From Verrucomicrobiota bacterium (GTDB taxonomy: Bacteria > Verrucomicrobiota > Verrucomicrobiia > Opitutales > Coraliomargaritaceae): 64,000 nucleotides of DNA. This document shows, piece by piece, positions 45,617-55,434 of this stretch. Location of the stretch: contig JBCBZJ010000013.1 of NCBI GenBank assembly GCA_039815375.1, forward strand, positions 17,984 to 81,983, in the 5' to 3' direction. Position 1 is the stretch's first letter; the number at the start of each line of letters is the position of its first letter. The notes beneath the pieces are model-generated. The model was not told where the DNA came from, searched no databases, and saw only the letters and a list, made by a program, of their open reading frames with translations. Made by a program: the position numbers and the translations under genes.

Positions 45617-46071
45617 GCAATTTCGAAGACTGCCTGCAGTTCGACTGTTGTGTCTTTCGGGAGGCCGGTTACTGCAACGGCAGCACGAGTGTGTCTTCCA
45701 CGTTCACCGAGAACCTCGACGAGCGTATCAGATGCTCCGTTGATGACTGCAGGGCTGTCGGGGAATCCGGGCACTGCATTGACGAAGCCGTTCAGCTGGG
45801 CAACTTGCTTGATCTGGTCGAGATCGCCGAGATGAGCCTTAGCGACGGCCAGAAGGTTTAGTGCGCAGATCCGGGCTGCAGCTTGGCCATAGGCAATGTC
45901 GTGTTCTTCTCCGACTTTTCCTGTGTGGGTCATTTCGCCAGCCACCAGGCAGATTGCGCCTGAAAGATAGAGAAGCTTTCCGGATTGATAGGCAGGCACA
46001 TAGTTACCCGCAGGTGCGGGCGCTGGTGGTAGTTCGATGCCGAGTTCAGCGAGGTGCTCTTCAGTAGTCAT
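45613..46071 (-). CDS. RidA/YjgF family protein
   Basis: PAPAGNYVP, GFVN, VINGASD, GRHTRAAV. Confidence 0.9.
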   Translation of the reverse strand: MTTEEHLAELGIELPPAPAPAGNYVPAYQSGKLLYLSGAICLVAGEMTHTGKVGEEHDIAYGQAAARICALNLLAVAKAHLGDLDQIKQVAQLNGFVNAVPGFPDSPAVINGASDTLVEVLGERGRHTRAAVAVTGLPKDTTVELQAVFEIA

Positions 46072-46116
46072 TAAAAGTTTGTTTAAAGGTGAGAGTGAAA
46101 GCTTGGAAAAGAAGAA

Positions 46117-47424
46117 TTATTTTGAATCAGGATAAGGTATTTCGCCTTCACTTCGGCCAATGACAACAGCACCGACCGTATCAGAAAAAACGTTCACGGA
46201 GGTGCGGCACATATCGAGAATACGGTCTGTTGCCCAGATCACGCCAATGGCTTCAACCGGAAGGCCAACAACTGGCAGAATCACCGCGATAGCCACTAGG
46301 CTTGCAGCCGGGATTCCGGCTACCCCAATACTGGTCGTTAGTGCGAGAAAGACGACCAGCAGTTGCTGGCCTATATCCAAAGCGACGCCACCGGCTGATG
46401 CGTAGAGTTGTGAGATGAAGAGCACGACAACACACTCGTAGAGTGCCGTGCCATCCATATTGACGGTTGCGCCAAGCGGGAGTGTAAATGAACAGGTTTT
46501 CTTTGATATTTTGGCCTGATCCTTGACCGTATCCATAGTCAGGGGAAGTGTCGCGGAGGAACTTGCCGTGGAGAAGGCAGTGAGCAGAACGGGGCTCATC
46601 GCCTTGTAGTGAGTCAGCGGATTGAGACCACCAAATAATCTCAGAATCAAGCTTAGGTTGACGATGAAGTGCAGGGCCAGTGCGATCAATACTGTCAGAA
46701 AGAAGGCGAGTAGGGTGCCGACGAATTTGTCCAATGGAGCTTCGAGTAATTTGGGCGTGACCAGGCCGAAGACGCCGATTGGCGCAAAGCGTATAATAAA
46801 CTCGGTGAGCATGAGCATGACACTTTGCGTCCCATCCCAAAATTTCTGCTGTGCCTCTTTGAGGTCTGGGCTCAATTTGCCGATGAATAGCCCAAATAAA
46901 ATCGAGAATGTGATGACGCCAAGAAGCTGCCCGTTATTGCTGGCGGCGTTGACGATGTTGGAAGGGAACATGCGAAGGAAAACCTCGACGATGTCTCCCG
47001 AATCTCGGCCCTCGACTTTGGCGGCCAGACCTTTTTCCACCGAAGTGATTTGCGCTTCACCGAGTAGGGCCTGAGCCGTTTCCGCGTCGACTTTTCCCGG
47101 GCCAATCACGTTGACTACAAGTAGTCCGATCATGACAGCAAGTGCTCCGCTAATTGTGTAGTAAAGTAAAGTTTTGCCTCCGATCCGCCCGACGCCCTTT
47201 TCTGCACCGAGATGCATTACGCCAGCGATAATCGAGGCGACGATCAAAGGCACAATGACCATTTTGAGGGCATTCATAAAGAGATCACCGGAGAACTCAC
47301 AGAAACCGAGTGTTGCCGAGCTGAATCCATCGCTCGAATTCGGAAGGATAAGCAGTCCAAAGAGGGCTGCGAAAGACAGAGCGAGGAAGATCTGCCAGTG
47401 GAGTTTCCAGCGAATCGGGTTCAT
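46117..47424 (-). CDS. Dicarboxylate/amino acid:cation symporter (GltP family)
   Basis: FSTASSSATLP, PLGATVNMDGTALY, DRILDMCRT.VNV. Confidence 0.93.
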   Translation of the reverse strand: MNPIRWKLHWQIFLALSFAALFGLLILPNSSDGFSSATLGFCEFSGDLFMNALKMVIVPLIVASIIAGVMHLGAEKGVGRIGGKTLLYYTISGALAVMIGLLVVNVIGPGKVDAETAQALLGEAQITSVEKGLAAKVEGRDSGDIVEVFLRMFPSNIVNAASNNGQLLGVITFSILFGLFIGKLSPDLKEAQQKFWDGTQSVMLMLTEFIIRFAPIGVFGLVTPKLLEAPLDKFVGTLLAFFLTVLIALALHFIVNLSLILRLFGGLNPLTHYKAMSPVLLTAFSTASSSATLPLTMDTVKDQAKISKKTCSFTLPLGATVNMDGTALYECVVVLFISQLYASAGGVALDIGQQLLVVFLALTTSIGVAGIPAASLVAIAVILPVVGLPVEAIGVIWATDRILDMCRTSVNVFSDTVGAVVIGRSEGEIPYPDSK

Positions 47425-47430
47425 AGTCTG

Positions 47431-48258
47431 CTAACTCATCCTCTTGGCGAAGCTTTGCCAATGCTCAAGTGCCAAATCTTCGGGGCGAATGTTTGGAGAA
47501 ATGCCTTCCTTGATCATTGATTCGAACCATGCCAGAGCATGTGCTTCCGGATCCTTTTTGCAAAGGGTGCCGAGTTGTTTGCGGCGTTGAGTGAAGATAC
47601 GGCGCACGCATTCACGAGCATTTTCCGGGAAGCGTATGAAATCCCTCTTCAATTCAAGGCGGAGTAGAACCGAATCGACTTTTGGTGCTGGATAAAAGCA
47701 CGGAGCAGCTACCAGATGTCGGCCTGTTACGGAATAAGCAGACTGCAGGAAAATAGAAATAGCACCGAAGTTTTTGGTGCCGTGTTGAGCGGAATATCGA
47801 TCGCCTGCTTCTTTCTGTAACATCAAGACCATACAGGAGGGAAGTGGGCCGGCGAGCACAGCCTCCATCCACGGTGTGGAAACGGCGTAGGGAAGATTGG
47901 CTACGATTTTATAGCCGTCACTGAGATCATCCAATCCGGCTCGAGGAGAGTCAAGGCAGTCGCCCTCAATGAGATGGAAGTCCGGTGCTTGCGGCTGAAT
48001 ATTTTCTCGAAGATGTTTGGCGAGAGAAGCGTCGCGTTCGACAGCCCAGACTGACGCGCCCGTTTTCAGAATGGCTTGGGAGAGAGTCCCGAGGCCGGGC
48101 CCGATCTCGACGACCCGATCAGTTGCCGAAACTTCAGCAAGTTCGATGGATTTACGAACGATATTGCCGTCCACAAGGAAGTTTTGCCCCAGCTTCTTAT
48201 TTGGCTGGTGTTCCAGCTTATCAAGGAGCTCTCTGGTCTGCGAGGGGTTGAGGGGCAC
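47431..48258 (-). CDS. rsmA: 16S rRNA m6,2A dimethyltransferase
   Basis: KKLGQNFL, EIGPGLG.L, ANLPY, P.PKVDS, F.QRRK. Confidence 0.95.
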   Translation of the reverse strand: MPLNPSQTRELLDKLEHQPNKKLGQNFLVDGNIVRKSIELAEVSATDRVVEIGPGLGTLSQAILKTGASVWAVERDASLAKHLRENIQPQAPDFHLIEGDCLDSPRAGLDDLSDGYKIVANLPYAVSTPWMEAVLAGPLPSCMVLMLQKEAGDRYSAQHGTKNFGAISIFLQSAYSVTGRHLVAAPCFYPAPKVDSVLLRLELKRDFIRFPENARECVRRIFTQRRKQLGTLCKKDPEAHALAWFESMIKEGISPNIRPEDLALEHWQSFAKRMS

Positions 48259-48263
48259 GAGGT

Positions 48264-49061
48264 TTATGCGTTATGGAAATCGCGGATCATTTCTTCCGGG
48301 TCCTCGGCTTTCATTAAAGCTTCACCCACGAGTATCGCGTCCGCTCCACATGCGCGCGCTCGGCTGGCGTCTTCTAGGTCGAAAATCCCGCTTTCGCTGA
48401 CTTTTACGATGTTATCCGGGATTTGTGGTATCAATAATTCGGATACGGCTAGATCGGTTTTGAATCGTTTGAGGTCTCGGTTGTTTACGCCAATAATTTT
48501 CGGCTCGAAGCGAAGTGCTTTTTCAAGCTCTCGCTCTTCGTGGATCTCGTAAAGGATATCGAGGCCCGCGATTTCTGCAGCATCGCGCAAGGCCTTGATT
48601 TCGTCGTCTTCAAGAGCGCGCACAATAATGAGGATACAACGTGCACCTGCTTCCACGGCTTCTGCCACCTGGACAGGGTGGACCATAAAATCCTTGCGCA
48701 AGCACGGCGTCTTGCGCTGATGACATTCAAGAAATTCGACTACATCCCAAAGGTCTTGGAGGCTACCGCCGAAGTAGTCTGTATCTGTCAATACGGAGAA
48801 GCAGTCGGCCTCTGCATTCACATATTCCCGTGCCTGGTCGACTGCGTCGAGTGTCGCAGGTGCAATCTCCCCGGCAGAAGGAGATTTACGCTTGATCTCG
48901 GCGATTACAGAAAGCTGCTCTTTACGGGCGAGTGCTTCAAGAAAGCTGCCGCCTTGACGCTGCATACGCGCGAGTCTTTCGAGCTCTTGCTCTCGAACGG
49001 GGCGAGCACGACCCTCCATAGATTGCCGTTTGGCGGCCATAATTTCGGCTAATTTGTCCAT
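48264..49061 (-). CDS. trpC: Indole-3-glycerol phosphate synthase
   Basis: IAEIKRKSPS, SVLTD, LRKDF, GVNNRDL, SESGI, LVGEALM. Confidence 0.95.
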   Translation of the reverse strand: MDKLAEIMAAKRQSMEGRARPVREQELERLARMQRQGGSFLEALARKEQLSVIAEIKRKSPSAGEIAPATLDAVDQAREYVNAEADCFSVLTDTDYFGGSLQDLWDVVEFLECHQRKTPCLRKDFMVHPVQVAEAVEAGARCILIIVRALEDDEIKALRDAAEIAGLDILYEIHEERELEKALRFEPKIIGVNNRDLKRFKTDLAVSELLIPQIPDNIVKVSESGIFDLEDASRARACGADAILVGEALMKAEDPEEMIRDFHNA

Positions 49062-49111
49062 TTGGTAAGCACGAAAGGTTGACTGGCTTGTTGCCGAGTT
49101 CAAGCCGGAGT

Positions 49112-49549
49112 TTAATCGATCCGCCTTGAGCTTACGATCCGCCAGGCTCCGTCTGTTCGTTGCCCAATACTGAAGAGGCTGATAAAATTGTCTTCGGTCT
49201 CGTAGATGACTCGCATACGCAGTTTTGGTTCAAGGCTAGGGCCGTAGCTTCGGCCTTCGTATTCGAAGCCAATGTTCTCTTCTGGTGCACCAGATAAGGG
49301 TTCGAACTGTATTGTTCGAATAGGCAGCCCCAGCTCGCTTTGAAGAACCGGTTTCAGGAGTTGCCGCGTGATGGCATCGGTTCCCTCTAAATGGTATAGA
49401 TCAAGCATGGCATTGATCGAATCTGCCTGATTGGCTTCTTCAAAAGCTTCAGCCAGTTGCCGTAAGCCTGCCTTGTCTGGGAAACTCGGGCTGCATGCAG
49501 ACAGTGCGAAGGTGATGCAGCAAAGCGCTAGGCGCACTACGCTAGCCAT
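49112..49549 (-). CDS. Hypothetical lipoprotein
   Basis: Lipobox LSAC; within accBC-trpC operon. Confidence 0.7.
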   Translation of the reverse strand: MASVVRLALCCITFALSACSPSFPDKAGLRQLAEAFEEANQADSINAMLDLYHLEGTDAITRQLLKPVLQSELGLPIRTIQFEPLSGAPEENIGFEYEGRSYGPSLEPKLRMRVIYETEDNFISLFSIGQRTDGAWRIVSSRRID

Positions 49550-50097
49550 TACAGGATCTTGGATTGCCCGTTCTCCGGTTCCGTGGGCTCGGTCTCATCA
49601 AGAGAGAGCTCTTCCGGCTCTGTGATCGAATCTTCGATGGCCGGGTCTTTTTTCTTTAGAGCGCTGCTTTGTTCGATGCGGCCGCTCTTAAATCCCGTTG
49701 CGACAATATTGATACGTCCCAGATTTTCGATCCCGAGGTTCTCGCTCAGTGCTTTACGCAAGTGCGCCTGGAGCGTCTCCTCGATGCTCCTGAGGTGTGC
49801 TCCACTGGCCAACTTCAAGCGCACTTCGAAATGTGTTTTGTTGCTCTTCGCGTTAACGCTGACTTGTGGTTTACTGACTTCGCTGATCTGTTCACAGGAG
49901 GTTTGTACCAGTTCGATGATAGCGGAGCGTCCGACCATGACTTGACCGTTCGCAGTGGAGTAGGCCATGACATTCTTTGGCTGCCTGCGCACGAGCAGGA
50001 AAAGCAGTAGCGCGAGGACGAGAACTACCGACCCGATGTAGAGGTATTCGGTTTCTGCAAGATGATTGATGCTATTAAAAAACTCCATCCATTCCAT
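49549..50097 (-). CDS. Membrane-anchored protein, AmaP/Asp23-like
   Basis: One TM helix then T..G.V.V...AI..LV and Q..LR..L.E.LG....I.I pattern; adjacent to asp23 homolog. Confidence 0.6.
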   Translation of the reverse strand: MEWMEFFNSINHLAETEYLYIGSVVLVLALLLFLLVRRQPKNVMAYSTANGQVMVGRSAIIELVQTSCEQISEVSKPQVSVNAKSNKTHFEVRLKLASGAHLRSIEETLQAHLRKALSENLGIENLGRINIVATGFKSGRIEQSSALKKKDPAIEDSITEPEELSLDETEPTEPENGQSKIL

Positions 50098-50120
50098 CTC
50101 GCTCTATCTTGTCTCGGGGA

Positions 50121-50564
50121 TTAGTCTGTGTGAGCTTCGTCGTTCCAGTCTTCGCTCTCTTTACTCTCTTCGTCGGTGCGAACCCCATCGATCACAACGT
50201 TTACCTGAGAGACATTCTTACTGGTCATTTTTTCGACCTGTTCGGCAATACGCTGCTGAATTTGAGTTGCGACTGAGGCGAGTTCTACGCCGAAGCGTAA
50301 TATGACGCGAATCTCGATTCGATAGTCGCCAACTTCGTCTTCTTCGACGCGGACGCCACGCTCATCACCCTTCTTGGAGAAAATTTCAGCGATCCCGTCG
50401 ACAAATCCACCGCCTACTGCCGCGACGCCGGCGACTTCAAGTGCAGCAAGACGGACGATACTGGCAACGACGCTATGGTTGATGCGAATATCGCCAAGCG
50501 TATTAGAGTCTTCAGATACAGTTGGGATGGAAGACTCGTTCTGGTTTTCAGTTTCCTTACTCAT
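50121..50564 (-). CDS. Asp23/Gls24 (YqhY-like) family protein
   Basis: LGDIRI...VVASIV..AALEV.GV, RGVRV, IQ..I...VE.MT...V..VNV.IDGV. Confidence 0.88.
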   Translation of the reverse strand: MSKETENQNESSIPTVSEDSNTLGDIRINHSVVASIVRLAALEVAGVAAVGGGFVDGIAEIFSKKGDERGVRVEEDEVGDYRIEIRVILRFGVELASVATQIQQRIAEQVEKMTSKNVSQVNVVIDGVRTDEESKESEDWNDEAHTD

Positions 50565-50591
50565 AATGGCCGGAGTGTAGAGTTGTAGAGT

Positions 50592-51956
50592 TTATGTGTA
50601 AATATCCTTCGGAACGCGCTGAATAAATTCTTCAATGAACTTTGTCGTCGCCTTGCCCTCGCGGAAATTCGGATCGCGGATGATTGCGCGACTGAAGGGA
50701 ATGTTGGTCTTGATGCCTCGAATCAGGTATTCACCCAGTGCGCGATCCATGCGGTCAAGTGCGAGATCACGAGTCTTACCAAAGGTCATGACCTTGGCGA
50801 TCATGCTGTCGTAGTGCGGCGGTATAGTATAGCCGCTGTAGACGTGGGAGTCGATACGGACACCGTGACCTCCGGGAGAGTAATAGAGGCTGATTTCGCC
50901 CGGGCATGGTGCGAAATTGCGGCCCGGATCCTCGGCGCATACCCGGCATTCTATGGCATGGCGGAGGAACTTGATGTCCTTTTGCTCGTAGTTCAGTTTC
51001 TGACCACCGGCGATGAGAATCTGCTCCTTAACGAGATCAACACCTGTGATTTCTTCGGTCACACCGTGCTCCACCTGAATACGGGTGTTCATCTCAATGA
51101 AGTAGTAGTTTTGCTTCTCGTCCATCAGGAACTCAATAGTCCCTGCTCCTTCATAATTGACGGATTTTGCTAGTTTTACCGCATCGCGCCCCATCTTTTT
51201 GCGGGTTTCCGGGCTGATGAAAGGTGAGGGAGCTTCTTCAATAACCTTTTGGTGGCGCCTTTGAACAGAGCAGTCGCGCTCGCCTAGATGGATGACATTG
51301 CCATATTGGTCACCAAGAACCTGGATCTCGATGTGGCGTGGTGCATCCAGGAATTTCTCGATGTAGACAGCGCCGTTTCCAAAGGCCTTTTCGGCTTCGC
51401 TGCGAGCACTGTTGTATTCCTTGGTGAAAGCAATCGCATTGTGTGCAGTCCGCATGCCTTTACCGCCGCCTCCTGCAACTGCTTTAATAATGACCGGGAA
51501 GCCAATGCCCTCAGCGACGGCAAGTGCGTCTTTCTCATTGTCGACTGTTCCTTCGCTACCGGGTATAACCGGGACCTTGGCCTTAACGGCCATTTCCCGG
51601 GCGCGTGCTTTGTCGCCAAAGTTGGTGATCGCATCCGAGCTCGGTCCAATGAACTTGATTTTGCAGTTTTCGCACTGTTCGGCGAAGTCTGCGTTTTCTG
51701 CGAGGAAGCCATAGCCCGGGTGGATTGCATCGACGTCAGCGATTTCTGCTGCAGCAATGATACGGTCAGCCTTCAGGTAGCTTTCATTGCTCGGCGGTGG
51801 CCCGATGCAGATCGCCTCGTCGGCTAGCTGGACGTGAAGGGACTGCTCGTCAGCCTCAGAGTAGACGCAGAGGGTTTTGATCCCGAGTTCGTTACAGGCG
51901 CGGACGATACGCAGGGCGATCTCGCCGCGATTGGCGATGAGGACTTTTTTGATCAT
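50592..51956 (-). CDS. accC: Acetyl-CoA carboxylase biotin carboxylase
   Basis: [39 protein letters not shown]. Confidence 0.97.
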   Translation of the reverse strand: MIKKVLIANRGEIALRIVRACNELGIKTLCVYSEADEQSLHVQLADEAICIGPPPSNESYLKADRIIAAAEIADVDAIHPGYGFLAENADFAEQCENCKIKFIGPSSDAITNFGDKARAREMAVKAKVPVIPGSEGTVDNEKDALAVAEGIGFPVIIKAVAGGGGKGMRTAHNAIAFTKEYNSARSEAEKAFGNGAVYIEKFLDAPRHIEIQVLGDQYGNVIHLGERDCSVQRRHQKVIEEAPSPFISPETRKKMGRDAVKLAKSVNYEGAGTIEFLMDEKQNYYFIEMNTRIQVEHGVTEEITGVDLVKEQILIAGGQKLNYEQKDIKFLRHAIECRVCAEDPGRNFAPCPGEISLYYSPGGHGVRIDSHVYSGYTIPPHYDSMIAKVMTFGKTRDLALDRMDRALGEYLIRGIKTNIPFSRAIIRDPNFREGKATTKFIEEFIQRVPKDIYT

Positions 51957-51964
51957 CCAGTGCG

Positions 51965-52435
51965 CTACGCGGTTTTAACTTTGAAGAGCGGTTGGCCGTA
52001 TTCCACAGCTTCGCCATTCTCAACAAGCAGTTCGGTGATTGTGCCACTTATTTCGGACTGAATCTCGTTCATCACTTTCATTGCCTCAATGATACAAACG
52101 ATAGAGTCTGCACTGACTTTTTTGCCAATATCTGTGAACGGGGGGCTCTCTGGAGAGGGAGAACGGTAAAAAGTGCCGACCATTGGCGAGGTGATGAAGG
52201 AAATGCCAGCTTCTTCCACGGGCTCTGCCGCCGGTGCATCGGCTACTGGTGCGGTAGCAGGAGCTGTAGGGATAGGAGCTGCTGCCTGAGGAACCGGAGC
52301 AGCCTGAATAATCTGCGGCGCATCCCCGTTTTTACGGCTTAGTCGTAGCTTGAAGCCCTCTTCTTCGAATTCGAATTCAGAGAGCTCGGAGCGTTTCATC
52401 AAATCGACGACTTGCTTGATTAGTTTAATGTCCAA
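51965..52435 (-). CDS. accB: Biotin carboxyl carrier protein
   Basis: [17 protein letters not shown], Ala/Pro linker. Confidence 0.97.
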   Translation of the reverse strand: MDIKLIKQVVDLMKRSELSEFEFEEEGFKLRLSRKNGDAPQIIQAAPVPQAAAPIPTAPATAPVADAPAAEPVEEAGISFITSPMVGTFYRSPSPESPPFTDIGKKVSADSIVCIIEAMKVMNEIQSEISGTITELLVENGEAVEYGQPLFKVKTA

Positions 52436-52617
52436 GGTAATTCCTTTGTTTTGTCCTAGTTTCGTGAGGCGGTTTTCCTCGGAGAGGTCTCCGGAGTAAT
52501 CCTGTGATGTAAGGGGAGCTTTTCGAGTTGTGCAACGACTTTGTTGCGCGGCAAATCAGCTTTGGCAGGAGCAAAATAGTGCTTTTACTTCTTCTCCTGT
52601 AGATTCATGTTAAGCCT

Positions 52618-53694
52618 ATGCCTAAGTGCAGCTTCGAAGGAATTAGAGTCGGTGGGGTCGTGACCTGTGTGCCCCAGCGTGAGCGTTGTATTGATGAAGA
52701 GGTCGAGCTTTTCGGCGGAAATGAGAAGCAAATTGCCCGTCTTAAGAAGACGATTGGTTTGGATCGCCGTCGTGTGGTTGATGATTCTACGACGGCTGCT
52801 GACCTTTGCGAAGCGGCAGCAAGAAGGCTACTGCCAGCATGTGATCTGGAATCTTCGGATATTGATGCGGTCATTTGCGTGACACAGACCCCCGACTACC
52901 CTCAACCTTGCAATGCTGCTGTCTTGCATGGGAAACTGGGACTACCCAAGAATTGTGCCGCACTTGATGTGAACCTTGGTTGCTCGGGCTATGTATATGG
53001 TTTGTGGTTGGCCTTCATGATGATCAGCTCTGGAGGGTGCAAGCGCGTCTTGTTGCTCGCTGGAGATACGATAAGTCGCCTGGTTAATAAACGGGACCGT
53101 TCTGTTGCGTCACTTTTTGGGGATGGCGGCAGCGCTACCATGATAGAGCAGTCTGATGGTGCAGGGACCTCATGGATGAGCATGGATACAGATGGCACCG
53201 GGTTTGACCGTCTAATCGTTCCCGCTGGAGGGGCACGTCACCCGCACTCTGCCGAAACCCATCTCGAAGCTGAGGATGATGCCGGTAACCTTAGGTCCAA
53301 AGAGAATCTCTTTATGGATGGTGCCGAGGTTTTTAATTTTTCGATCAGCGAGGAACCCAAGGCAGTGTCCGATCTTTTAGACTTTGCGGGAATCGAAATA
53401 GACGACGTTGATCACTTTGTTTTTCATCAGGCTAACCGTTATATCCTTTCAAATATTGCAAAGCGATTAGAGATTGATCCAGCTAAAGTTCCGATGCGAA
53501 CGGTGGAACGTTTTGGCAATCAAAGTTCGGCGTCGATACCTTCGGCACTATGTTCTGAGCTTGGCGACCTTTTGAGCTTGGATGCGGGGCGGCAGGTTTT
53601 GCTTTCTGGTTTTGGAGTTGGCTTGTCCTGGGCAACGGCATTGCTTCCGATCTCGAGTCTTAGAGTGTGCGAGGTTATCGATTACAAAGCTTGA
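52618..53694 (+). CDS. Ketoacyl-ACP synthase III-like enzyme
   Basis: [42 protein letters not shown]. Confidence 0.9.
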   Translation: MPKCSFEGIRVGGVVTCVPQRERCIDEEVELFGGNEKQIARLKKTIGLDRRRVVDDSTTAADLCEAAARRLLPACDLESSDIDAVICVTQTPDYPQPCNAAVLHGKLGLPKNCAALDVNLGCSGYVYGLWLAFMMISSGGCKRVLLLAGDTISRLVNKRDRSVASLFGDGGSATMIEQSDGAGTSWMSMDTDGTGFDRLIVPAGGARHPHSAETHLEAEDDAGNLRSKENLFMDGAEVFNFSISEEPKAVSDLLDFAGIEIDDVDHFVFHQANRYILSNIAKRLEIDPAKVPMRTVERFGNQSSASIPSALCSELGDLLSLDAGRQVLLSGFGVGLSWATALLPISSLRVCEVIDYKA

Positions 53695-53742
53695 ACTTCT
53701 TCGGTTGCTTCTCGCTTATCGCTAATCCATTTTCTTTAGGAT

Positions 53743-53979
53743 ATGGAATTGGAACAGTTTATTCGTGATTTTGAGGCGGCAATTGAGGATCTGCCCGTGG
53801 GCAGCCTTACTGCAGAATCGCATTTCCGTAAATTAGAGCAATGGGACTCTCTTGCAGTGCTGACTGTTATTGCTATGGCCAATAGTGAGTACGGCTTTGC
53901 TCTTAAAGCGCGCGACTTGAAGCGCTTTGATACCGTGGAAGCGTTATTCGCTTTTATTGAATCATCACAGAACCCATGA
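53743..53979 (+). CDS. Acyl carrier protein
   Basis: 78 aa acidic with WDSL phosphopantetheine motif. Confidence 0.88.
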   Translation: MELEQFIRDFEAAIEDLPVGSLTAESHFRKLEQWDSLAVLTVIAMANSEYGFALKARDLKRFDTVEALFAFIESSQNP

Positions 53980-54608
53980 AGCGCTTGATCATTGTTGGTG
54001 CCGGAGGTTTTGGTCGCGAAGTCTACGCATGGGCCAAGGATCATAAGGACTGCGGCACACTATGGGAGGTGGTTGGTTTTCTGGATGATGACCCATTTGC
54101 GCTCAATGCATTTGAATACCCGGTTGGTATTCTGGGTTCCATTGATACTTATGTAATCGGACCAGACGACATTTTCTTGTGTGCAATCGGTTCGCCAAAA
54201 GTAAAAAAGGTTGTTGTCGGTCGTATGCTGGCCAGAGGAGCAGATTTTATGACTTTGGTTCATCCTACAGTGGTCGTCGGTGAAAATGTTATGATTGCTG
54301 TTGGGACGATCGTTTGTCCGGGCGCGGTCATCACCTGTGATATTACAATCGGTCGATTTGTTGCGGTGAACTGCCTAAGCAGTATCGGACACGATGTGAA
54401 GGTGGGTGACTGGGCAACCATTAGTGGTCATTGTGACTTGACCGGAAAGTCCTCGATAGGCGAGGGCAGTTTTTTAGGGAGCGGTTCACGTATCCTGCCC
54501 GGAAAATCGGTAGGATCAGAAGCACTTGTGGGTGCGGGGTCAGTCGTTCTTAATTCGGTTTCGGATGGAAAAAAGGTATTCGGCAACCCGGCGCAGCCAT
54601 TCTCCTAG
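53976..54608 (+). CDS. NeuD/PglD-type sugar acetyltransferase (hexapeptide repeats)
   Basis: IIVGAGGFGREV, GFLDD, AIG.P, IGHD, VGAGSVV, FGNPA. Confidence 0.9.
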   Translation: MKRLIIVGAGGFGREVYAWAKDHKDCGTLWEVVGFLDDDPFALNAFEYPVGILGSIDTYVIGPDDIFLCAIGSPKVKKVVVGRMLARGADFMTLVHPTVVVGENVMIAVGTIVCPGAVITCDITIGRFVAVNCLSSIGHDVKVGDWATISGHCDLTGKSSIGEGSFLGSGSRILPGKSVGSEALVGAGSVVLNSVSDGKKVFGNPAQPFS

Positions 54609-55303
54609 TTTTCAGGGAGGCTGCCGGGCTTTTCGAGGCCGATTTCTGCCAGTCCATCGAGAAGAGTTTGAAAACCCTCCATACCTTTAAGTTCTTCGAT
54701 CATTTTGTTGCTTGATAGGCGAATGAAAAACTGTTCCTGCCTCAAATTTAGACCGTGCTTTTGGATATCAATCAAGGCGCCGAATATATTGTGTCCGCCC
54801 TTTTGGTCATATCCAAATGCGACTCCGCCGACCAAGTGCCAAAAGTAAACATTTTCAACATTACCGTTTTTCTCGAATATCCCAAATTCAGCAGGTTGAA
54901 AATCTGCCGATGCCGAGTTGAACGGTATACCGTATTCACGGTCTAAACGAGTCCATCCGTTTTGAACCCAGCAAGTATCTGGTGTGTGTGCACCGGCCCA
55001 GCGATAGGAGGCTTTTCCTGGTGTCCAATAGGCAATGTATAGACTTACGATAGTGTCGCTTTTCTGAAAAACGCGGAATAAGGAGTCATCAAATTTGAGA
55101 AAATCGCTGACTCGAGCCGCTGCTTCCGGTGAGTTCGACATTTTCATATCACGCACTTTCCACCCTTTTAATTCTGAAGGAAAAAGATCGGATAGTTGAT
55201 CTTGCAGTGTCGCTGTTGGCGGCAAGGTGAAAACAAAATAAGCCCTGAGTCCCAGGGATGCGGCCAGAATTGCGAACGCGACGACAAGAAGAATCTTTTT
55301 CAT
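54605..55303 (-). CDS. Exosortase-associated EpsI-like protein
   Basis: N-terminal TM, P....GW, LYIAYW, HTPDTCWVQNGW. Confidence 0.75.
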   Translation of the reverse strand: MKKILLVVAFAILAASLGLRAYFVFTLPPTATLQDQLSDLFPSELKGWKVRDMKMSNSPEAAARVSDFLKFDDSLFRVFQKSDTIVSLYIAYWTPGKASYRWAGAHTPDTCWVQNGWTRLDREYGIPFNSASADFQPAEFGIFEKNGNVENVYFWHLVGGVAFGYDQKGGHNIFGALIDIQKHGLNLRQEQFFIRLSSNKMIEELKGMEGFQTLLDGLAEIGLEKPGSLPEN

Positions 55304-55434
55304 TTTGCACCCACGATGTGACCACACCACTTTTACGTCAATACTCTGAGGGACTTAAGATTGCCTGTGGTCAGAAAATATGCGTTTCCTCTCTATACGC
55401 TTCCAATATCGCAAATATTTTCGATCAATAGATT

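Noticed and set aside
51219..51228. 10-nt match to the seed of spacer 6 inside accC
   Set aside because: Expected by chance at this length, mid-CDS; also a caution for the spacer 1 match.
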